A stretch of 64,000 nucleotides of DNA from a virus (taxonomy: Duplodnaviria > Caudoviricetes). The stretch covers positions 8,190 through 72,189 of the IMG/VR virus record IMGVR_UViG_3300005937_000009; one strand, given 5' to 3'. Shown in pieces: positions 46,224-55,285 of this stretch. The notes beneath the pieces are model-generated. The model was not told where the DNA came from, searched no databases, and saw only the letters and a program-made list of their open reading frames with translations. Every line of letters starts with the position of its first letter. Positions within the stretch are counted from its first letter, which is position 1. The translations under genes were made by a program, and so were the position numbers.

Positions 46224-46878
46224 GGGATACCTCCAATTGCTGTATAGATTCTTGAATCGGCATGCCGTCCATGCCGTCGCCTAGTTGGGTCCAGCCGGGG
46301 CGGGCCGGGAAAAGGGGGCTCATTGGTCGTGCGAAGATCTCGAGGCGGGGCGGGTCCGAGACGCTTTCAATTAGCCGGTAGCTGGCCTCTGGCTTCCGAG
46401 AGTGCCGGCCCTGCTTCGGTCTCCCCCACTTGTAGCGCTGGTCGATGGGCTCGAGGTCTCCCATGTCGTCGGCGGGTTCGGTCTCTTCGTAGTAGTTGGG
46501 ATAGTACCGGCCTTGATTGAACTGGCAGCGCTCTTTATAGCCGAATAAGAGATGTTCGGTGAGCGAGACGAAGTAATTGCCGAATCCCGAAGGTTTGGCC
46601 CAAGTGATCGGCGCCAGATAGGTAAAGCCCCAATGGCGCATGAGCTTGAGGCCATCTTCGAGGAATTGATTCACGACCCATAGCCAGAGATGCGCCCCCC
46701 TGTCGGCCAGGTCGCCCACCGGGAGGGCGTAGATATCATCGAGCGGCATTGTTTCGTAGGGAAGCGTCCGGGGGCGTTCGTGCCGACCTCCAGCCTTGTT
46801 GTATTGGCCCGCGACCTTCATGGGCCATGGGGGATCGATCAGAATACACTGGTAAAGCGTCACACTTTGCCCTCCCAC
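46207..46878 (-). CDS. MT-A70 family adenine methyltransferase
   Basis: ILIDPPW, HLWLW, WGFTY..ITWAK, TEHLLFG, HSRKP, LEIFAR. Confidence 0.9.
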   Translation of the reverse strand: MGGQSVTLYQCILIDPPWPMKVAGQYNKAGGRHERPRTLPYETMPLDDIYALPVGDLADRGAHLWLWVVNQFLEDGLKLMRHWGFTYLAPITWAKPSGFGNYFVSLTEHLLFGYKERCQFNQGRYYPNYYEETEPADDMGDLEPIDQRYKWGRPKQGRHSRKPEASYRLIESVSDPPRLEIFARPMSPLFPARPGWTQLGDGMDGMPIQESIQQLEVSHGSRL

Positions 46879-47102
46879 CCGTGCGGGTGCTTTTGGGGAT
46901 TAAGTTGGAAAGATAGAGAGGCTGAGACTTGGAAGGTCTAGCCCCTTATCCGTGTTCTATTTCTGAGTTGTGGCGCAACTGCAAAGATAGGCTCGCGTGA
47001 CGAGAGACACCTTTAGGCGGGTGTCACAGATAAGGGGCTGTATTGCAAAACGTGCTGACATTATAGCCTATAACCGTTAAACCTGTGTGATGATTTTAGC
47101 CC

Positions 47103-47447
47103 TCACACGCGATGAATTTTTACAATTGCGCCTCCATGAACATAACATGGCGTGCGCACTGTGGCAAGAGATATCTTTCCAGGTAGTCTACTTTCTGTTC
47201 TTGAATAAGATCTTTTCGAAAAGGACGACCAAACATAATTTCCCGATTCGGACGATCTCAAATTCCTCTGCCGCCTAAAGGCGGTCAGTCTCCTTGATTG
47301 GTCAAACTCTGGGTTGCTGGTGAGCCATTGATAACCGGGGATCAAGATCGTTTTACCGCGCTTGCGCCACGGGATGCGCCCGAGGGTGAGCCCTTCCCTT
47401 TTGATCTTCGGCAGCATATGGGCTGCCGTGAAGTGATACAGGGTCAT
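47103..47447 (-). CDS. Possible ADP-ribosyltransferase/Tpt1-like fold protein
   Basis: LYHFT....L.KI..EGL......WLT pattern. Confidence 0.4.
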   Translation of the reverse strand: MTLYHFTAAHMLPKIKREGLTLGRIPWRKRGKTILIPGYQWLTSNPEFDQSRRLTAFRRQRNLRSSESGNYVWSSFSKRSYSRTESRLPGKISLATVRTPCYVHGGAIVKIHRV

Positions 47448-47449
47448 CC

Positions 47450-47746
47450 TTAGTCATCCTCCAGCGTCCCCAACTCACGGGATAGCTTGAAATACTCCTC
47501 AATCCGGGCTCTCTTCTTCGCTACCAGTTCCCTGCTATTGACCGGCATCCGTAATGCCCCCGTATCATCAAGCATCTCAATGACAGCCCATAAATCGGCA
47601 ATCTCGCGTGAGATGCGGTCAGCATTGGTTAAGGTCTGGCCCGGTTCGATCTGTTCGAGGCTGAATCGGAGGGCTTTTGCTGCGCGCTGTGCGACTTCTC
47701 CGCACTCTTCGGCGAGGATCACTAGCAGATGTTCAGTTCTGGTCAT
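47450..47746 (-). CDS. MazG-like nucleotide pyrophosphohydrolase
   Basis: LAEECGEVAQ..KALRF..EIADL motif. Confidence 0.75.
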   Translation of the reverse strand: MTRTEHLLVILAEECGEVAQRAAKALRFSLEQIEPGQTLTNADRISREIADLWAVIEMLDDTGALRMPVNSRELVAKKRARIEEYFKLSRELGTLEDD

Positions 47747-47833
47747 ATGGAATTTAAAGAGCCGAGGGTGATATCCGCACCCCCGGCCCATCATTGATGG
47801 TTTAACAGATTGCACGTCTGCCCCCATCAGGGG

Positions 47834-47996
47834 TAGCACGATCTTCGATTGCCGACAGCCTTTAAACCTTTGCGTGATCTTGACAACAAGCGCTCTGCGA
47901 TTGAGCTACCCCCGCATAAGTGAAGAGCGGGGGGCCGGAATTGAACCGGCACATCTTGTTAGGGTGCATCGGTAGTCGATTCGGCAAAACGTGCCA
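47834..47996 (-). ncRNA. Circularly permuted tRNA-like (YrlA/Y RNA-like) element 2
   Basis: AACAAG-ATGT-T arm GCCGG TTCAATT CCGGC - CCCCCGC(11-nt loop)GCGGGGG - TA - D arm GCTC AATCGCA GAGC - G - CTTGTT; ends pair (GCACG/CGTGC, TTGCCGA/TCGGCAA). Confidence 0.8.
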
Positions 47997-48001
47997 ATAC
48001 T

Positions 48002-48161
48002 GAGTCTCTGTGGAATAGTCTTAACTTGATCCGGCCCGGATTGCTCCGGTGTCTGCCAGTTCCACCACCCCGACGCAAGATCATGTAATGTCGGGGGCAG
48101 GATTCGAACCTGCAAGCCGGGTTTGTTGAGTCTAAACTTGAGCTTCAGCTTACCCACACTC
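48002..48161 (-). ncRNA. Circularly permuted tRNA-like (YrlA/Y RNA-like) element 1
   Basis: T arm GCAGG TTCGAAT CCTGC - CCCCGAC(15-nt loop)GTCGGGG - TG - D arm GTG GAACTGGCAGA CAC; ends pair (GAGT-GTGG / CCAC-ACTC). Confidence 0.75.
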
Positions 48162-48162
48162 G

Positions 48163-48894
48163 TTATTGTAGCAGATAATCGAAGAGAGCCTTCCCGATTC
48201 TCTGCTCTGGTGCGTCAGTCATGTTGGCGGCCTCACGAGCCACCTTGACGGCTTTCTGGACCTCTTCGACGCGATTTAAAAGAACTTTCTTCCTGGCAGC
48301 GGGGATCGCCCCGCTGTGCTTAACAGTGTCCCAATAGCCGACCACGATATCTTCCGTCATAATCACAACCTGCGCGGGATGCTCGACCGTGGCGGGATGG
48401 GCCACGACCGGCGTTTGTGTCTTCTTCGTGCGGTGCGCGGTGTTGGGCACTGTTTTATAGAGCCCGGTGCTAGTGTCCAATGCCCAATCATCGGCCTCAT
48501 CGAGCACGGGGAGTTTGTCAATAAAAGTCCGAATCTCTTGGAGCCTCTTTTCGAGCCATAGAAGGAAAGAAACCGGCACTTTACTGATCAGTATTTCGCC
48601 GTTAACGATCACATCGGCGCTCGCATGTTGATTGGCGTAATCCTTCGTCGCCGTCACGTCAAGCCATTCGGTAAACCGCTCCGCCGCTCGCTGGAGGACA
48701 TCACCGGCAAGCAACTGGACTTTCAATTGTTCGGACGGATACTTCTCCCCCTCCTCATCTTTGGGGCGGTAGGTCTTGGCGAAGCCTGAGAAGAGTTGCG
48801 CCTTCTGCGCGTCATGATGCAATTTGGTCAGGTCGCTATCAGCGCGAGCCTGTGCGCTCTTCTCGATCGCCACGATTTGATTTAACTTGTGCAT
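48163..48894 (-). CDS. Conserved protein of the MxKLNQI(I/V)A(I/V)EK family (DUF7873-like, from recollection)
   Basis: KLNQIVAIEK, TYRPKDEEGE, DVTATKD.AN, VPVSFLL.LEK, KLPVLD, HPAQV, VGYW.TVK.SGA.P, VK.ARE.AN. Confidence 0.7.
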   Translation of the reverse strand: MHKLNQIVAIEKSAQARADSDLTKLHHDAQKAQLFSGFAKTYRPKDEEGEKYPSEQLKVQLLAGDVLQRAAERFTEWLDVTATKDYANQHASADVIVNGEILISKVPVSFLLWLEKRLQEIRTFIDKLPVLDEADDWALDTSTGLYKTVPNTAHRTKKTQTPVVAHPATVEHPAQVVIMTEDIVVGYWDTVKHSGAIPAARKKVLLNRVEEVQKAVKVAREAANMTDAPEQRIGKALFDYLLQ

Positions 48895-49427
48895 TTATCT
48901 TGAGTCTCCGATTTATCTTGAATTTGTTCAATATTGATCTCAGTCAGCCATTGCCGCACGGGTTCCAGGGCCGCTCCTACTGGCGTATTGGGCGCGAAGT
49001 AAGAGACCTTATCAATCGTTGTAATCAGCACGGCAACGCTGTGAATTAAGCCCTCAATAGCGATGGTCTGCGCGATGAGGGCGTTATACTTGGCTAATGC
49101 CTGATCTGCGGCATCGGCCACCATCTTATAGGATAGATCCTTCATCCTGGCTACGTCTTTCCAGTAATCGCGTTCTCTTTCCAGCCGTTCGCATTTCTCT
49201 TCGAACTGATCTCGATCGTATCGCAGCGTTTCAGCCTGTTTGTCCTGCTCGTCCCGCTGCCGTTCTACGTCGGTTATTGCTGTCTTGAAGCTGTCTATTT
49301 CTGCCAGCGCTCCCGCAAGCGCTTCAGCGAACCGGCGGAACTTGCCGCCGATGCGCGCAATCTCCATTTTCGCGTTTTCAAGTTGCTCTTGTAGTTGTGT
49401 AATCTGCTCCGCATCAGTGTCGGTCAT
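48882..49427 (-). CDS. Coiled-coil hypothetical protein
   Basis: 181 aa with heptad pattern. Confidence 0.55.
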   Translation of the reverse strand: MTDTDAEQITQLQEQLENAKMEIARIGGKFRRFAEALAGALAEIDSFKTAITDVERQRDEQDKQAETLRYDRDQFEEKCERLERERDYWKDVARMKDLSYKMVADAADQALAKYNALIAQTIAIEGLIHSVAVLITTIDKVSYFAPNTPVGAALEPVRQWLTEINIEQIQDKSETQDKCTS

Positions 49428-49804
49428 TCCTTCTCATCCTCCTGAAAATCGTTCGGTAGTGCCGTGCGCCAGGTCGAACAATGAGCGCAACGGATCTCAA
49501 CCAAGGGGGCGCCGTCGCCGTCTTCGATTACCTCATCATCCCCATCGGTGATAACGCCCCGATCCTGCCATCCGGTAAGCCAGTGATGCGAGCCGGGAGG
49601 CTGGGAGCCACACCCCGCGCACATTCCATGACACAACAACTCACCGATCAGCAGAAACCAATTCTCTGCCCCTTCCGTCTCGTTCAGGATCTCGACCGCC
49701 CGCACTCCGTCCCGGAGGTCGTCAAAGTCTAGCTTGTGGTCGATCGACACCGGGCAAACCTCTATCCCGTCCGGGTCTCGGTGGCCTAAGTGCATATTGG
49801 TCAT
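49424..49804 (-). CDS. Hypothetical protein with CxxC motifs
   Basis: Probable start MTNMHLG (ATGA overlap). Confidence 0.5.
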   Translation of the reverse strand: MTNMHLGHRDPDGIEVCPVSIDHKLDFDDLRDGVRAVEILNETEGAENWFLLIGELLCHGMCAGCGSQPPGSHHWLTGWQDRGVITDGDDEVIEDGDGAPLVEIRCAHCSTWRTALPNDFQEDEKE

Positions 49805-50013
49805 ATTAGCCTCTGGTGGAACCGGTCGAGGTCGATCATCAGTTCTATCGGGTCCGGATCGCAGAAATCTTCCTCGCTGCACCCGTCATGGCAATCGTCA
49901 CAATCACATGTATCGAGATATGGTCCGATCTCATCATCGTCAATCCATCGGCTACGCTGGCATAGGCCGGGATCGCCTGAATTACAGCCGTTTTCACAAA
50001 ACCATTCATCCAT
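49801..50013 (-). CDS. Small acidic Cys-rich protein
   Basis: SD GAGGAG; many Cys and Asp. Confidence 0.5.
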   Translation of the reverse strand: MDEWFCENGCNSGDPGLCQRSRWIDDDEIGPYLDTCDCDDCHDGCSEEDFCDPDPIELMIDLDRFHQRLI

Positions 50014-50026
50014 GGTCTATCCTCCT

Positions 50027-50404
50027 CTAAGCCGTCAACTGCGGCGTGTATCTAATGGCCTCCGCTTCGGCCTTCTCCAGCGACAGCAGGCTTTGTAATG
50101 CGGATATCTGAGCCTGTAACGACTTAACAAGTTCTCTCGCGGCCTCGTGGTTCGCTTCGGCTAAGCGGACCCGTAACATTTCTTTCTCACAGGCCAGATC
50201 AATCATGGCCTTAAGATGGGGTTCGGTGGGCTTCTTCCCTTCTCCCTGCGCGGCCATGATCTCCAGATATTTCATGGCCTGCGCCTTCCGGTATCCGTGC
50301 TCAGCCTCGCCGTGCTCAATAGCTATGGCCTTGTGCTGCTCACCGGCTGCCGCAAGCTGCTGGATGCCGTCAAGAATACGAGTTTGTAATGCTTCTGAAA
50401 TCAT
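50027..50404 (-). CDS. Helical hypothetical protein
   Basis: 125-aa coiled coil. Confidence 0.55.
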   Translation of the reverse strand: MISEALQTRILDGIQQLAAAGEQHKAIAIEHGEAEHGYRKAQAMKYLEIMAAQGEGKKPTEPHLKAMIDLACEKEMLRVRLAEANHEAARELVKSLQAQISALQSLLSLEKAEAEAIRYTPQLTA

Positions 50405-50413
50405 TGATAGTCC

Positions 50414-51295
50414 TTATTTGCCGCAAAGTAAGCCACAACTTGTTAGTGCTAGCTCCGTCTCCCCGTGCTCTCCAAAGAGACCGCCATCTAATCTTTTCCG
50501 GATCATCTGACATACTTCTTGAGCCCTCTTCTTTAGTAATCGCGCTCGATTATTGCGTATGAAATTATCAATATGTCCAGCTTCATATATCCAAGTGAAA
50601 GGCGCTTGTTGCAAGCGCCCTGTGAATCTTTCAAGACGGACAGCCTGTTCAAACAGGGGGGGGTGGGTCTCCGCAAGCCATACCCATTCATAATAGCGTT
50701 GATAGAAGCAGAAAGAGCAATTAGCGCGAGTGCGGCCAGCGAAGAGCATGCGCTGTTCCCATGGCTCAAGCTCGTCAATCAATTCCCATTTATCGCCCAG
50801 CATTTCGCAGACTTTATAATAGAGAGAAGGCCAAAAGAATGCTGGCGGCAACAGGCCGCGCCTATTTAGTATGATCCATACTCCGCGTAGATCTATGCCA
50901 GCTTCCATCAATGGGTAGATAGGGATAGTAGTATCTGAGGGGCGCACACCGGGTCTTTGCTCGTCGGCCCGCAGTCCATAATATACATAATTGCGGCCTT
51001 TACCATACCAGCGCTCCATTGGCCCGATTTTGGCGCGAGACGTGCAGAAGCGACGGTTAGCTGAAGGTATCATGTCTAATCGCTTGATCAAATCAGGTAG
51101 GCTCTTACCAATCCTGTGTATCTTCCATCCCGTTGATTGTTCTACTTTATCTAACCATTGATATGTTTCCGGCAGTTCAGCTTTTACATCACAATACAGG
51201 AATGTATAAGGCAGGTCCGGGTATCTAGTTGTCTGAATCAATGCGGCGGCTAATGAATCCTTCCCGCTGATCGTAATATAGTGCCTCTCTTCCAT
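50414..51295 (-). CDS. PAPS reductase-family (PP-loop) protein
   Basis: ITISGKDS, CDVKAELPETY, RRFCT..KI.P, YGLRADE, YPL, RANCSFCF. Confidence 0.8.
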   Translation of the reverse strand: MEERHYITISGKDSLAAALIQTTRYPDLPYTFLYCDVKAELPETYQWLDKVEQSTGWKIHRIGKSLPDLIKRLDMIPSANRRFCTSRAKIGPMERWYGKGRNYVYYGLRADEQRPGVRPSDTTIPIYPLMEAGIDLRGVWIILNRRGLLPPAFFWPSLYYKVCEMLGDKWELIDELEPWEQRMLFAGRTRANCSFCFYQRYYEWVWLAETHPPLFEQAVRLERFTGRLQQAPFTWIYEAGHIDNFIRNNRARLLKKRAQEVCQMIRKRLDGGLFGEHGETELALTSCGLLCGK

Positions 51296-51306
51296 CGTCA
51301 TCACCT

Positions 51307-51729
51307 CTAAAATACTTCCGCCAACCAGTATGTTACCTCTGGGTCGCTGTGCATAAACGCCCATGGGTTGATCTCGCGCCCATGCCGCCAGCAAATCAAC
51401 TCATCGGGCTTGATGTCCAGTTTGATGGGGTGATGATGCCAGGTCGAGGCATCGTTGCGCACCGCATGGCCGCGCAGCACTAGCGTTATATCGTGCGTTT
51501 CGGGCTCGGTCTTGAACCGGTGGGCGCAGATCGCACAAGTGTTGTATTTCTTCGTCCCGGCCTTGACCGTCGGCACGATGATATGGCGCTGTTGCCCCTC
51601 GGACCATGTGCCGCGCTTCATCCCTACATGCCCACATTGCCCGCAAGCGATATCGGCAATGCGCGTACCCTTTGTAAGTCGGATGCGATAATCCGGCGTG
51701 CTGCATTTCGGACAGATGATTGTTGCCAT
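51307..51729 (-). CDS. Zinc-finger hypothetical protein
   Basis: CPKC, CGQCG, CAIC. Confidence 0.55.
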   Translation of the reverse strand: MATIICPKCSTPDYRIRLTKGTRIADIACGQCGHVGMKRGTWSEGQQRHIIVPTVKAGTKKYNTCAICAHRFKTEPETHDITLVLRGHAVRNDASTWHHHPIKLDIKPDELICWRHGREINPWAFMHSDPEVTYWLAEVF

Positions 51730-51826
51730 GATCTCTCTCCCCCAGAGCCGAGCGGGGTTAGCCCCGTTCCCGCTCGGCTGTCGCTGCGCTGGTCATTCTC
51801 CCGGTTGACCGGACCAGCGCAAACCC

Positions 51827-52861
51827 TTACCCCTTCGCTTTCGCGGCGGCAATAAGCCCGCTGAGCGCATCATCCAGATAACAGAGTGTCTGCATGCTGC
51901 ACTGCTGAAGAATGACCCCCATGGTATGCTCCTTGATTGCGATATCAATGTCGGAAGCATCGACCCCCAGCCGTTCAGCGTCCGCAATCTTCGCCTCGAT
52001 GATCTCGGCTGCATTCAGGCGGGCCATCTCCTCCGGATCAGAGACCGAATCAAGAGGCGCTTGCGGGTCAATCATGGTCGCGGCTTCGGCCATTGTCGCC
52101 GCAATGCTGGCCAACCTATCGCGGACCTCGGCACCTCTCATGCCCTCGAATTGGGCCTTGATCTGGCTAGCCGTCTTACTCGCGGTTTCCCTGTTGAACC
52201 ACTCATGAAAAATGTTCTCCGCATTCTCGGGCCAGAATCGGCGTAAGCGGTCGCGGGTATTCGCTAACTCTTCGCTCTCTTCGATCTGCGGTTGAGGGTT
52301 TACGATCTTGAGATGAGCTTCCGTAACCGTCTGGACCGGGAGCACAAATTCACTGGTAGTTGCGTTGGGGATGTCTGGCGTTTCGTTCTCATCGGGAAGC
52401 GCGACGCCGCACGCCTGGAGGGTGGCGCGCCGTCGAGCCTGAGTTGCCGCCTTTTTCAAGGCGTTCTCCAGGTAGCTGCCCGACTTCCCGGATTTATCTA
52501 CCATCGATTCGCCGGTAAATTCCCGGCCATTGGGAAATTTGAGGGTAACGAAACAGAAGATGATTTTTAACGCTTCGTTGTATTCATAGCGCGGGGTGCC
52601 GTAGCTGATCTTATGCATTCTGGCGAGTTGCGCCGAGCATGAGGAGTTCGGATAGAGCTTGACGCGGATCTTGTGCCCGTCGCCGTCGCGCTCCTTCTGG
52701 GTGAGCAGATCAAACGGGCGGCTCATCGGGTCAAGCCCTAGATAATTACAGTAGGCTTGATAATAGATCCATCGCTCGTCCTCGGTGAGTGTGGAAAGAT
52801 CACCCGTGAGGGCTGCTTTGCGGAATAATTCGTCATCTTTAATGGCTAAAGCTTGTGACAT
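51827..52861 (-). CDS. Probable single-strand annealing (RecT/Bet-like) recombinase
   Basis: YC..LGLDP..PF..KLY..QL..ENALKKAATQARRRATL..G core plus acidic C-terminal region. Confidence 0.55.
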   Translation of the reverse strand: MSQALAIKDDELFRKAALTGDLSTLTEDERWIYYQAYCNYLGLDPMSRPFDLLTQKERDGDGHKIRVKLYPNSSCSAQLARMHKISYGTPRYEYNEALKIIFCFVTLKFPNGREFTGESMVDKSGKSGSYLENALKKAATQARRRATLQACGVALPDENETPDIPNATTSEFVLPVQTVTEAHLKIVNPQPQIEESEELANTRDRLRRFWPENAENIFHEWFNRETASKTASQIKAQFEGMRGAEVRDRLASIAATMAEAATMIDPQAPLDSVSDPEEMARLNAAEIIEAKIADAERLGVDASDIDIAIKEHTMGVILQQCSMQTLCYLDDALSGLIAAAKAKG

Positions 52862-53053
52862 ATGAAAATACCTCATTACCTCTAAAAGTGTTTGGAAAAA
52901 TCCCCGGTCAATCTATCTTCATGTCTGCATCTACTATCCCCGATTGACCGGGGTTTAGGTGAAACATCCCCCCTAGAGGATGCCCCAATATCCGGGCGTA
53001 TTACCCTCGCCCGCAGGTTGCCCCGGCGCATGCCGGGAGAACTGAAAAGAACC

Positions 53054-53467
53054 TTACAGGCCGCGAGCATCTAACCAATCGGCTATAGCTTCGCGGGTCC
53101 ATTCGTGGTAATCGTTCAAATGAACGATCATGTCATCCAGGCTACTCTCGGTATCTTCATGGCCTCCATCGCAATCATCCACCGGACATGGATAGAGCGG
53201 AATGCCACTATCATCTTCAAGGCTCGTCCCGTATATAGCCGACATAAGACCGTCAAACTTTTCGATATGGCGACCATAATCAAGGGCCGCATGCAGCATC
53301 TTATCCTCATCGGTGACGATGCCCGCGCCCTCTAATCCCGCACCCCACGCGCAAGAGCCTATTTCGCATTCTTCATCGCCCCTGCTTTTACGGATGAATC
53401 CAAATAGACTACCCTCGCATTGAGGTCTCTTGGCCGCTCCGATTCTGATTGCCTGTGATAACTTCAT
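53054..53467 (-). CDS. Hypothetical protein
   Basis: MKLSQAI..CAWGA..HLNDYHEWTREAIADWL. Confidence 0.55.
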   Translation of the reverse strand: MKLSQAIRIGAAKRPQCEGSLFGFIRKSRGDEECEIGSCAWGAGLEGAGIVTDEDKMLHAALDYGRHIEKFDGLMSAIYGTSLEDDSGIPLYPCPVDDCDGGHEDTESSLDDMIVHLNDYHEWTREAIADWLDARGL

Positions 53468-53620
53468 GGTCCGTCCTTTGTGTTTGGCGGCAGGTTCAGC
53501 GATTCCCCCATTAGATACCATTCCAAAACCGCCTCCCCTGCCGTATTTGGGCGCCCCGCTTGCGGCACCTGATCCACAGTTCCCGCTCCCTCACGGGAAG
53601 GCCGAACGCGGGGCGATAAC

Positions 53621-53917
53621 TCATTGACTCGTGATGATGTATGCCTTACCGGTCACGGCGACCGGTTTATCCGGGATCACAAAGCCGAACGTGCCGGCGT
53701 TCGCTACCAGCGTCGGGCGGTACGCTTCATAAGTGATCATGGAGAAAGGCACACCCATGCCGGTCATGTATGCCTCGAGATCCGTTAATCTGCGGTATGA
53801 GTATGGGATACCTTTCACCCATTGCCCGTTTACCTGCAAATCAAGAACATGGTATTCAAAGAGACACGCCAGGCTCTCTATGGTTGATTGCTCGTTGTCG
53901 GTTTTTACTGGTGTCAT
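53621..53917 (-). CDS. Hypothetical protein
   Basis: 98 aa, SD AAAGGT. Confidence 0.5.
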   Translation of the reverse strand: MTPVKTDNEQSTIESLACLFEYHVLDLQVNGQWVKGIPYSYRRLTDLEAYMTGMGVPFSMITYEAYRPTLVANAGTFGFVIPDKPVAVTGKAYIITSQ

Positions 53918-53919
53918 GC

Positions 53920-54135
53920 TTACCTTTCTTCCCTGGCTGCTTTCTCCTGTTTCATGACCTCTGCGAGTATTTCGCGGCCCACGGATGAGCGGCTGCGACC
54001 TCTGCCCCGACGCTGCGCAACCTTCGCATCAAACCATGAGAGAATAGCTTTTTCTTCTTCATCGTCCGGATCTAACGAGATTTGTATGATTTCGTATCGT
54101 CGCTCTTTGTTATTTTTGCTTGTTTTGTCACTCAT
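53920..54135 (-). CDS. Probable ribbon-helix-helix regulator (Cro-position gene)
   Basis: YEIIQISLD beta strand then two helices; divergent from 54300. Confidence 0.55.
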   Translation of the reverse strand: MSDKTSKNNKERRYEIIQISLDPDDEEEKAILSWFDAKVAQRRGRGRSRSSVGREILAEVMKQEKAAREER

Positions 54136-54144
54136 AATATATCA

Positions 54145-54234
54145 ATAGTGCGCACGAATACTATCTAAGTGTGCGCACTATGTCAATCACTTTTTATTGA
54201 CTGATTGACTCTGCAATATATTTTCCTGTACTCT
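54145..54234. promoter_or_regulatory. Divergent promoters with paired GTGCGCAC operator boxes
   Basis: Inverted repeat ATAGTGCGCAC-15-GTGCGCACTAT (54145-54181); minus TTGACA-17-TAGTAT (54186-54158); plus TTGACT-18-TACTCT (54205-54234). Confidence 0.7.
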
Positions 54235-54299
54235 ATGAAATAGAGTCGGATTCTTGGTATGATGGGCATGAAAGCGTATTACAGGAGTTACAAAGAACA

Positions 54300-54737
54300 A
54301 TGACAAACAAATCAGAGGCGCGTAGCCCTCGGCTCTTTGTGCGCATGCCGGATGAGCTTAAATATGAGTTCGACGCCGCATGCCGGATGTTGAGCGAGGA
54401 CGTTGAGAGCTGGGCAAGCGCCATTATCCTCAAGCTGTTGGCAGCCTTCGCGCAGTCGGCTAAAATCAGGTATTGCACATTTTCCGGGCGAGAGTTGCCC
54501 AAAGTAACGATGAGCGATGTAGTAACGATCGTGGCGGAAACATTGCGGGATATCGCCAAGGCGCAAGACCCGGAGAAGTTTGCCCGCCACTTGCAGAAAG
54601 TGCGTCAGCAAAAGAGCGAAATTCAGCCGGCGACTACAGCCAAGACGCCGCGCAAGGTAATTCACGCATCGGAACTGCCTCCCGACTATGAGGATTTCAT
54701 CGATGTAACTCAGGAAATTCCCTCTCTTTTCCGTTAA
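54300..54737 (+). CDS. Arc/RHH-family repressor
   Basis: SPRLFVRMPDELKYEFDAAC..SWASAII, an Arc-like beta-alpha-alpha. Confidence 0.7.
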   Translation: MTNKSEARSPRLFVRMPDELKYEFDAACRMLSEDVESWASAIILKLLAAFAQSAKIRYCTFSGRELPKVTMSDVVTIVAETLRDIAKAQDPEKFARHLQKVRQQKSEIQPATTAKTPRKVIHASELPPDYEDFIDVTQEIPSLFR

Positions 54738-54835
54738 AGTCTTTGTGAAGGTATGTTACAGTAATGCACCATTCATCTTGCCGCTAATTCTCTCCGTTTG
54801 CGGCAATCAACAGACTCAAGAAGGGCACTGTAACA

Positions 54836-55120
54836 ATGACTCTCACCAGTACATTCACGCCCGCATTTACGGGGCTTTTTGCAATTATGCCTGAGATACT
54901 TAGAGGAGACTTCCCCGGTTATGATCTCGCCCACTACCTTCCTAACGCAACTCCAGAAGCGGGCGACCTCTGCTTTGTTGAATGCGAAGGGCGAAAGTTT
55001 TTAGGTCACTATACGCCCGAGGCATCTGGACCCTGCTTTCTTCGTCCGGGATACAAGATCCTTGCTCCCGGTTTCCGAACCATCGCAGTATTAAAACCGT
55101 ATTTCGCGCCACCGGGTTAG
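54836..55120 (+). CDS. Hypothetical protein
   Basis: 94-aa ORF after the repressor. Confidence 0.4.
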   Translation: MTLTSTFTPAFTGLFAIMPEILRGDFPGYDLAHYLPNATPEAGDLCFVECEGRKFLGHYTPEASGPCFLRPGYKILAPGFRTIAVLKPYFAPPG

Positions 55121-55259
55121 AGCGTTCTGGCCGGAACGTAGCCAACGCTCTCCAACGCTGGCCCGTCCCGGTCAGGTAGCCCGAAGACTACCCACTTATA
55201 GTGCGCTTCACTTGCTTTCATTTCGGATTTCAACGGCATTGGAGCGTAAACGCAAGAAA

Positions 55260-55285
55260 GGCTAGCCGCTCCCCAACGGCTAGCC
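55260..55285. terminator. Hairpin between convergent transcription units
   Basis: GGCTAGCCG / CGGCTAGCC stem flanked by A- and T-rich bases. Confidence 0.5.

Noticed and set aside
47041-47090. Minus-strand promoter with a perfect TATAAT
   Set aside because: No acceptable -35 or extended -10 at the proper spacing
47906-48157. 83-aa ORF over the RNA elements
   Set aside because: It lies wholly within the structured RNAs; peptides such as GLQVRILPP are T-arm translations
47834-48161. Canonical tRNA genes
   Set aside because: T arms precede D arms and there is no anticodon loop, so the elements are permuted mimics
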